From positions 36,462 to 80,424 of the forward strand of contig PKZM01000020.1 of assembly GCA_003133065.1 (NCBI GenBank): a stretch of DNA of 43,963 bases. The letters are read 5' to 3'. Each line of letters starts with the position of its first letter. Within the stretch, counting starts at the first letter, position 1. The stretch is from Acetobacteraceae bacterium. Lineage in GTDB: Bacteria > Pseudomonadota > Alphaproteobacteria > Acetobacterales > Acetobacteraceae. The notes below the pieces were generated by a model. That model made no database searches, was not told where the DNA came from, and saw nothing but the letters and a program-made list of their open reading frames with translations. Shown here piece by piece: positions 37,211 through 43,963 of the stretch. Made by a program: the position numbers and the translations under genes.

Positions 37211-37321
37211 GTTCTTTTTTTGAGAAAAAGACCCAAAAAACTTTTGATACTTTGTAAGCGTTACCGACCGGGAGGCCACAAAAAGTCAAAAGGTTTTTGG
37301 GTCTTTTTTTCAAAAAAGAAG
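37211..37321. repeat. AT-rich hairpin repeat locus 11 (inverted pair, 42-nt core)
   Basis: Forward arm 37211-37245, core 37246-37287, reverse arm 37288-37321. Confidence 0.92.
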
Positions 37322-37565
37322 AGTTACTCCTTACTTTTTCCAAATATCCGGCAGTATCCTGCCGTGCCGTTCACATCTTTGTGACTTTCTGCGATGCCTT
37401 AGCATGCTCATGTATGTAGAGCGCAAGGTGATCCTGCCGACAACGCGCCCCCAGGTTGCAAATAATCCAAGTATCTCCATGAAATCCGCAGGGAAGTGTT
37501 CATTTTAACCCATATTGCGTCTATGATGCGCGGATCGGCTGCCGACTACTCGGCTGCGGGGAAAC

Positions 37566-39854
37566 ATGCTGGCTAGACTCGTCAGGCGGTTCAGTCCGGC
37601 CACATTGATCGCCTATGGCGGGTGGGCCCTGCTGGCGCTTGTACTGCTTGGCGGCACGCTGATCTCCCTGCACCAGTCCCGCAACGCGCAGATCAAGGCC
37701 GTGCTCGCCCGCGCCGGGGCCGGTTCGGCGGCCATCGAACAAACCATGCTGCGGGCGTTCGAGGCGTTGCAGACATTGCAGACCCTCGCTCAGACCCGGC
37801 TGCAACTGGTCGATACCGGCAATAGCGACGGCATTCAGGCGATTGACGCCCAGTTGAAGGACACTGTTCTGCGCCACCGCTTCGGCATCCGCGACGCCCT
37901 GATCGTGCGCCGGGGGTGGCCGGACTGGTCGAGCGAGACCGGCCACCTCGATCATCCGTTGGATCCCAGTGTGACCAACGCTCCCCCGGAAGGGGCCGAT
38001 GGCATGCGGCTGGACAGCCCTACCATGAGCAGCCCTGGCGGCGCCGGCGGTGCGGCCGACGCCTGGCTGTTCAAGACCACCTGGCCGCTGCGTGATCAGA
38101 GCGGGGCGCCCGCCGGCTGGCTGATCGTCTGGATCGATCCGCTCGCCTGGTCGGAGATGATCAGGCCGCTGACCTCCGGCCCCGGCGCCATCAGCATGGT
38201 CCAGCGCCGCAGCGACGGAGCCTTCCTGGCGCGCACGGTCAATCCCCGCATGGCGATGCGTGAACACCCGTTGACCACCGACCCTGCCTTCGCCCGCGCG
38301 GTGCGCGAGGGCAGCGGCACGATGCAGGATAGCAGCGGCGGCGTGGACAGGCTGATCGGCTTCCGCGCGCCTCCCAATGTGCCGATCGTGATCAGCCAGT
38401 CCTTCGATACGGAGATGTCGCTGGCCGATTTCACGCGGCTGCGCCGGATTGTGCTGGCGGTGGTTGGCGTGCTCGTGATCGGCGCCCTGGTGGGCACACG
38501 GCTGATCCTGTCGAACTACCTGCTGCGCCGCCGCCTGGGCGAGCAGGCGATGCTCGATCCGCTCACCGGCCTGTTCAACCGCCGTTTTTTTACCGACATC
38601 ATGTCGCGCCGGTTCCAAATCGCCCGCCGCTCCGGCCTCTCGGCTGCCGTGCTGCTGGTGGATCTGGACGGGTTCAAGCAGGTGAACGACACGCGCGGCC
38701 ACCCCGTTGGCGATGCCCTGCTGCGCCAGGTGGCGGAGCGCCTGAGCCATTGCGTGGGTGCGGATGACGTGGCCCTGCGCCTGGGCGGTGACGAATTCGC
38801 CATCGTGCGGCTCTGCCACCAGCAGCGCCGGGATGCCACGGCTTTGGCACGCTTCATCGTCAGTGCGCTCTCCAAGATATATGAGGTGGATGGCTACCAT
38901 CTGCGCATCAGCGCCAGTGTCGGCGTGGCGCTGTATCCGGCCGGCGGCGAGCAGTTGAACGATCTGCTGCGCAGCGCCGATATCGCGCTGTATTTCGTCA
39001 AGGCCGATGGCGGGGACGCCTACCGTATCTTCGATCCCGCCATGGAGGAGACGGTGCGCACCCGCCGCGCGCTGGAGATCGACCTGCGCGAGGCGTTGGT
39101 CCGCAACCAGTTGGAGGTGTATTTCCAGCCGCTGGTGCAGTTGGAGCCGCGGCGTGTTTGCGGGTTCGAGGCGCTGCTCCGCTGGCACCACCCCGTGCTC
39201 GGCATGGTGATGCCCGGCCGGTTCATCCCCATCGCCGAGGAAACAGGTCTGATCGCCAGCATCGGCGAATGGGTGCTGCGCCAGGCATGCCGCGAAGCGA
39301 CCAACTGGCCGCCTAACACGCGCATCGCCGTCAATCTCTCGCCGGTGCAGTTCGAGCGGTCGGACATCGTGGATATCGTCGCTTCCATCCTGCGCGAAAC
39401 CCGGCTTTCGCCCGGCCGGTTGGAGTTGGAGATTACCGAGGGCGTGGTGATGCGCGATATCGGCGACGTGCTGGCCACCATGCGCCGCCTGCAGGGCCTG
39501 GGCGTTCGCCTCGCGCTGGACGATTTCGGCACGGGCTATTCCTCGCTGAGCTACCTGCGCAGCTTCCCCTTCGACAAGGTGAAGATCGACGCGAGCTTCC
39601 TGGCCGACCTGCACGGCGATGGCGGCACCATCATCCGCGCCGTGCTCGGCCTGTGCGGCCATCTGCACCTCGATACGCTGGTCGAGGGCGTAGAAACCGA
39701 AGAGCAGCTTCATTGGCTGCGCAACGAGGGCTGTACCGAAGTGCAGGGCCATCTGTTCAGCCCGCCACGCCCGGCCGGTGGCGTTAACGAAATCATCGCC
39801 AACGTTGCAGCCCGCATCCCCGGCCTGCCCGCCCGAACGATGGTGCGCTCCTAA
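37566..39854 (+). CDS. Membrane-bound Cache-like sensor GGDEF-EAL protein
   Basis: Two TM segments, DPLTGLFNRR, LRLGGDEF (no RxxD), FEALLRW, DDFGTGYSSLSYL, EGVET. Confidence 0.93.
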   Translation: MLARLVRRFSPATLIAYGGWALLALVLLGGTLISLHQSRNAQIKAVLARAGAGSAAIEQTMLRAFEALQTLQTLAQTRLQLVDTGNSDGIQAIDAQLKDTVLRHRFGIRDALIVRRGWPDWSSETGHLDHPLDPSVTNAPPEGADGMRLDSPTMSSPGGAGGAADAWLFKTTWPLRDQSGAPAGWLIVWIDPLAWSEMIRPLTSGPGAISMVQRRSDGAFLARTVNPRMAMREHPLTTDPAFARAVREGSGTMQDSSGGVDRLIGFRAPPNVPIVISQSFDTEMSLADFTRLRRIVLAVVGVLVIGALVGTRLILSNYLLRRRLGEQAMLDPLTGLFNRRFFTDIMSRRFQIARRSGLSAAVLLVDLDGFKQVNDTRGHPVGDALLRQVAERLSHCVGADDVALRLGGDEFAIVRLCHQQRRDATALARFIVSALSKIYEVDGYHLRISASVGVALYPAGGEQLNDLLRSADIALYFVKADGGDAYRIFDPAMEETVRTRRALEIDLREALVRNQLEVYFQPLVQLEPRRVCGFEALLRWHHPVLGMVMPGRFIPIAEETGLIASIGEWVLRQACREATNWPPNTRIAVNLSPVQFERSDIVDIVASILRETRLSPGRLELEITEGVVMRDIGDVLATMRRLQGLGVRLALDDFGTGYSSLSYLRSFPFDKVKIDASFLADLHGDGGTIIRAVLGLCGHLHLDTLVEGVETEEQLHWLRNEGCTEVQGHLFSPPRPAGGVNEIIANVAARIPGLPARTMVRS

Positions 39855-39898
39855 CGCGCGCCGCGCCGGCAGCGCCCTTGGGTCGAGCAAGAAAGATT

Positions 39899-39931
39899 CT
39901 TCTTTTTTGAAAAAAGAAGCAAAAAACTTTT
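39899..39931 (+). repeat. AT-rich hairpin repeat locus 12 (solo arm plus core remnant)
   Basis: cttcttttttgaaaaaagaagcaaaaaactttt followed by gactatggcgt, which resembles the start of the locus 2 core (gacttatggcgt). Confidence 0.93.
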
Positions 39932-40017
39932 GACTATGGCGTGTCGCGACATCTGCGAATGCACGCTTGGTGGTGAGCAAGGCGCGGGGTAACGTCGGGC
40001 AAAAACGGAAACGCCCA

Positions 40018-41484
40018 ATGTCCCGCCAGCTCGATCACTATCCCGATCCTGCACGCCGCCGCAGGCAGCTCGCCCTCGTCGTGCTCATTACCATCGCGCT
40101 CTACTATGCCCTCTATGTGGGTGGCGGCGTGACACCGCTGGTGATGCGCGACCTGCATATGCCCTTCACCTACCTCGTCGGCCTGCTTGCCATCGCCAAT
40201 GCGGTCGGGGCTTTTGCCTCGCTGCTGGCCGGGCTCACTGACCGGTTCGGCCGCGCCAACCTGGTCGTCTACGGGCTCCTCATCGTCGCCCTGCTCACCA
40301 TCTTTGCCGTGCCCGCCGTCCACACACGACTGGGCTATGCCCTGGTCAGCATCGCGGTCGGCTTCGTGGAGGGGATTATCCTGGTCGCCACCCCCGCCTT
40401 GATCCGCGATTTCTCGCCGCAGATCGGGCGCGCGACCGCTATGGGTTTCTGGACCATCGGCCCCGTGCTCGGCAGCCTTCTCACCAGTGCCGTCAACAGC
40501 GCAACGCTGCCGACCAACCCCGATTGGCGCACCCAATTTTTGTATTGCGGCTATATCTGCGCCGGCGTCTGGGTGCTGGCACTGTTGTTCCTGCGCGAGC
40601 TGGCACCCGCCCTGCGCAACCAGGTCATGGTGACGGAACGCGACCGTCTGATCAACGAGGGGCGCGCCCGCACCCAAACCCGCGCGCCCCATCCGTGGCG
40701 CCGCCTGCTGCACCCGCGGATCATTCTCTCAGCCCTGGGTGTGTCGCTGCTGCTGCTCGTGTATTTCACCACGGTGGCCTTCGGTGTCGTCTATCTCGTG
40801 ACGGTCTTCGGCTTCACGCCGGCCCGTGCCAACGCGCTGCTCAACTTCGCCTGGGCCGCCAACGCCCTGGCCCTGATCGGTGCCGGGGTGTGGTCGGATG
40901 TGCTGGGTGTGCGCAAACCCTTCATGCTCGCCGGCGGCATCGGCGCGGGGCTGCTCGTGGGCGTGTTCATGGGGCCGCTCAGCCCACCCGGCCTGCACCC
41001 CGGCTTGCCCGCCATGGCGGTGATCGGCATCTGGATCGCAGCCCTGCTGGGGGCGGCCTACGCCACCTGGATGGCCAGCTTCACCGAAACCATCGAGGCA
41101 CAGGACGCGGCCCTCACTGCCACGGGCCTGGCGATCTGGGGCTGGATCCTGCGCCTGGTCGTCACCGCGTCCTTCCTCGCTTTGCCGCATGTCGTGACCA
41201 CCGTCACCCCTTTGGTCGAGGCGGGGCCCGCCATCGACGCTTTCAAGGAGCTCTCGGCCCGCCACGCACCCATCCCGCCGGACCTGGCCGCCCGCATGGC
41301 CGAGATCGTCCACGCCGCGACCAGCACAGCCGCGCAATGGCAAGACTGGTTCGGCATCTGCGCCCTGGGGGCAGCGGTGTTTGTTGCCCTGATTTTCACC
41401 ATGGGCGGCTATTGGAGCCCGCAGCGCGCGCGGGCCGAACGGGCCGCGCATGAGGCGTGGGTTGATGGGCAATTGGCGGACTGA
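40018..41484 (+). CDS. MFS transporter
   Basis: About 12 TM segments, motif A GLTDRFGR and GVWSDVLGVRKP. Confidence 0.92.
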   Translation: MSRQLDHYPDPARRRRQLALVVLITIALYYALYVGGGVTPLVMRDLHMPFTYLVGLLAIANAVGAFASLLAGLTDRFGRANLVVYGLLIVALLTIFAVPAVHTRLGYALVSIAVGFVEGIILVATPALIRDFSPQIGRATAMGFWTIGPVLGSLLTSAVNSATLPTNPDWRTQFLYCGYICAGVWVLALLFLRELAPALRNQVMVTERDRLINEGRARTQTRAPHPWRRLLHPRIILSALGVSLLLLVYFTTVAFGVVYLVTVFGFTPARANALLNFAWAANALALIGAGVWSDVLGVRKPFMLAGGIGAGLLVGVFMGPLSPPGLHPGLPAMAVIGIWIAALLGAAYATWMASFTETIEAQDAALTATGLAIWGWILRLVVTASFLALPHVVTTVTPLVEAGPAIDAFKELSARHAPIPPDLAARMAEIVHAATSTAAQWQDWFGICALGAAVFVALIFTMGGYWSPQRARAERAAHEAWVDGQLAD

Positions 41485-41497
41485 AGAAAGGAAGAAT

Positions 41498-41608
41498 GTT
41501 CTTTTTTGCAAAAAAGAACCAAAAAACTTTTGCCTATTGCATATGCTTCCGGCGAGTCCGCGACAGGACAACCAAAGTCTTTTTGGCTCTTTTTTTCTCA
41601 GAAAAGAA
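41498..41608. repeat. AT-rich hairpin repeat locus 13 (inverted pair, 42-nt core)
   Basis: Forward arm 41498-41531, core 41532-41573, degenerate reverse arm 41574-41608; lies between convergent genes. Confidence 0.92.
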
Positions 41609-41639
41609 AGACCTTGGCTCTGTCTGCCGCGGCCAGCGG

Positions 41640-43331
41640 CTAGAAATGCAGGATCACATCGCCAGCGCCGATAAGCGTGTGGTTCTTGTCGGCCGGAATT
41701 CCGTGTGACGGATTTGCGTTGAAGGCAATCCCATTGATCGAACGATAATAGCCAACCTCAGGCCGGAACTCGATCTGAGGCGAGAGCCAATGCTGCCAGC
41801 CGACTGAGAACTCGAAGTAATCCGCCTTCGTGCCCGTCCGCTGTCCTTCCTCGTCGGCATAATACTCGGGACGAAACGAGAAGTTGTTGAGCGGATCAGG
41901 AGAATAGTTCAGGTAGCCGGTTACGCCAATGCCGGTTGCGGTGCAGCTCAGAACCACGGCATTCTTGCACTGCGCCAGATCCGGGCCGTTGATCGGGGTG
42001 TACTGCGGCGAGAAAGGCGTGCCGCCATTGGCATACCAGCCCTGAACCTGGCTATTCCGCTCGTTGGGCACGCGGCGCTGCGATTCGTCGTAGGCTTCGA
42101 AATCCAGGTGCCAATGGTCGTTGAATTTGTGGTAATACGTGACGCCATACCATTGCAGATTGTTGTAGCCCCAGATGCCGCTATTGATGCCATTGGCGCA
42201 GGGCTGAATGTTGTCGTTGCCATTATTCCAGCTATATCGAACGCACAGCGTGAAGGTAGGGAATTGCGCCCCGGGATCCTTCAGAAAGGTGCTTCCGGGG
42301 TAGAGCGGATTGGGATCCAAATTCTTTTCCCGCGCACCCACATGCCAGATCGCGGCTTCCGTGCCTTCTTCCACACCCGCTTGCAGGAACAGGTTCCTGG
42401 TGATGGCCGTGGTCGTTACGATACCAGTGTTGGTGTAGTTGTCGACGGCGTAGGTCAGCGAGTGGGTATACATGTAGTTGTTCGGGGCCAACTGCGCTTC
42501 GATATCGGGCAGAGAAATATATCGTCCGGCGCGGATCATCATCCCCTGGAAAATGAAGGGAATGTAGAGCTCGCCATACACCATCGGAAAATCATAGCCG
42601 ATCGGCGCATTGGTCTTCAGCAACTGATAGCTGGCTATGCCATAAGCGGTGGTATAGCGATAATTCTCGCCATAGATCCCCGACAGGCGCAAGCCCCAGT
42701 CGATATGGTCCGTCTGAACGGTATCAGGGAAGCGATCGATATACAGCACCGCCTGATCAAGCTGCACCGTGTTGGGCGTATACGCGTAGGCCACTGGGGC
42801 GTTGCCGGCGGGGCGCTGCGTGTTGCTGCTGATGTTTGCGCCCGGATCGAGCCAGCCATAGATCTGGAAATGATTTTCGCTGAGCCATTGTCCCGGAGAG
42901 GTGTTCGCGATGGCTACCATCAGCGGTGAATCGACCGAGTTCGGGCGCGTGACGCCGATCGCCGTGGTTCCGCCGTAGGGCCACTCCGAAAACGGCATGG
43001 GCGGCACGCTTTCCGGCGTGGCGGGCCAATCCGCAATGCGGCCGGGCGGTGCATTGGGATCCGATGGCGCCGCCGAATGCCCCAGTTCCAGCTTATAGTA
43101 GTTGATCAGCCGTTCACCCACGTCTGTGCCGAGATACGCATCCAGGCACGAATAGTTGGTGTACGGATCGGGATTCTTCGAGCAATCCACTTTCGGCGCT
43201 GCAGGTGCGGGGGCCGCGACCAGATTTACCGAGGGGGCAGCGGCCGGCGCCGCAGTCTGGGCAATCGCGCCCGCCGAAAACAACATCATGCCCGCACCGA
43301 GCGCCGAGCAGGAAGCCAGAATACGCCGCAT
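41640..43331 (-). CDS. Outer-membrane beta-barrel protein (BBP2/DUF1597-like porin)
   Basis: GAGGAG RBS, signal peptide, aromatic-rich beta strands, RAGRYISLPDIEAQLAPNNYMYTHS, C-terminal Phe. Confidence 0.85.
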   Translation of the reverse strand: MRRILASCSALGAGMMLFSAGAIAQTAAPAAAPSVNLVAAPAPAAPKVDCSKNPDPYTNYSCLDAYLGTDVGERLINYYKLELGHSAAPSDPNAPPGRIADWPATPESVPPMPFSEWPYGGTTAIGVTRPNSVDSPLMVAIANTSPGQWLSENHFQIYGWLDPGANISSNTQRPAGNAPVAYAYTPNTVQLDQAVLYIDRFPDTVQTDHIDWGLRLSGIYGENYRYTTAYGIASYQLLKTNAPIGYDFPMVYGELYIPFIFQGMMIRAGRYISLPDIEAQLAPNNYMYTHSLTYAVDNYTNTGIVTTTAITRNLFLQAGVEEGTEAAIWHVGAREKNLDPNPLYPGSTFLKDPGAQFPTFTLCVRYSWNNGNDNIQPCANGINSGIWGYNNLQWYGVTYYHKFNDHWHLDFEAYDESQRRVPNERNSQVQGWYANGGTPFSPQYTPINGPDLAQCKNAVVLSCTATGIGVTGYLNYSPDPLNNFSFRPEYYADEEGQRTGTKADYFEFSVGWQHWLSPQIEFRPEVGYYRSINGIAFNANPSHGIPADKNHTLIGAGDVILHF

Positions 43332-43600
43332 AAAACTCTCCTCGCCGGGCACATGTGCGTTCCGTAAAGTGGCACAACCCGTGTGGTGCGTGTCTCGCGG
43401 TCCGACATAAAAAAGCAATGTGGTTTTGGTGCCGGATAGAGTGTGCACTCGGCTACGGCCGGTGTGCCGGCTTCCCGTTGCGGTGCGAACCGGCGTTCCC
43501 GCCCCGCAACGCTGCGATCTTCGTGCTCATCGGAATGAACGCGATCAAGCGCCCTAAGTTGCGCGGCTGCGGCATTGCGCCTCACAAGGCGTAAGCCCCG

Positions 43601-43963
43601 TCAGTACTGTACGTGAAGCCTTATCCCCAGCACAGAAACCGGCCCTCGCAGCCGGTCATATCCAGGGTTGTTGATAAACTGATAGTCCGCCGTCACCTGT
43701 GCGTATGATGCAACATAATAACGATAATACGTCTCAGCCGCCGATTCCGGGCCCGCCTGCAACAGGCTGCCATCCCCCACCAGAACGCCCAGGCCGCCGG
43801 CATTGAGGAAGTTCTTTGCGCGGCGGGAAATATCGTCGATGACAAACGCCAGCCCCACCGTGTCATCAGGACGCGACCATGCCTTGCCCACCAGCGAAAG
43901 GCCGATCGAGAAAGTCTTGTCGATGTCGGTGAATTCGTAGGTCTCCACGCCGCCTTCGTTAAT
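43601..43963 (-). CDS. Carbohydrate porin (OprB family), 3' part only
   Basis: WSRPDDTVGLA, ETYY, ADYQFINNPGYDRLRGPV, IRLHVQY; runs off the window end. Confidence 0.85.
   Translation of the reverse strand: MNEGGVETYEFTDIDKTFSIGLSLVGKAWSRPDDTVGLAFVIDDISRRAKNFLNAGGLGVLVGDGSLLQAGPESAAETYYRYYVASYAQVTADYQFINNPGYDRLRGPVSVLGIRLHVQY

Noticed and set aside
43332-43600. Riboswitch or sigma-54 promoter upstream of the beta-barrel gene
   Set aside because: No recognisable aptamer, and the GGCAC...TTGC spacing is wrong.

Overview
High-GC alphaproteobacterial chromosome segment. Gene content suggests Acetobacteraceae (inference). It has about 33 CDS and one tRNA-Lys(CTT): a TonB-dependent receptor, three GGDEF/EAL proteins, sdaA, a PEP-CTERM protein, prkA(yeaG)-yeaH-spoVR(ycgB), an Orn/Lys/Arg decarboxylase, a divergent FAD-oxidoreductase/DUF1365/cfa + DUF1295/methyltransferase lipid-modification cluster, RidA, a CHAP protein, AI-2E/TauE/MFS transporters, lysA-DUF4175 and two porins. 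No transposase, integrase or cas gene is present. The most striking unexplained structure is a dispersed AT-rich repeat with arm consensus [C/G]TTCTTTTTTGAAAAAAAGAA[G/C]CAAAAAACTTTT. It occurs as 23 arms at 13 loci: 8 inverted pairs around 42-58 nt GC-rich cores, 2 tail-to-tail pairs and 3 solo arms. The arms show compensatory changes in an internal hairpin, the cores fall into homologous subfamilies, and every copy lies downstream of a gene, often flush with or supplying its stop codon. Also seen are one CIR/Bru-RS-like double-hairpin repeat and two divergent pairs of ECF sigma promoters. All calls were made by eye; no database search was run.
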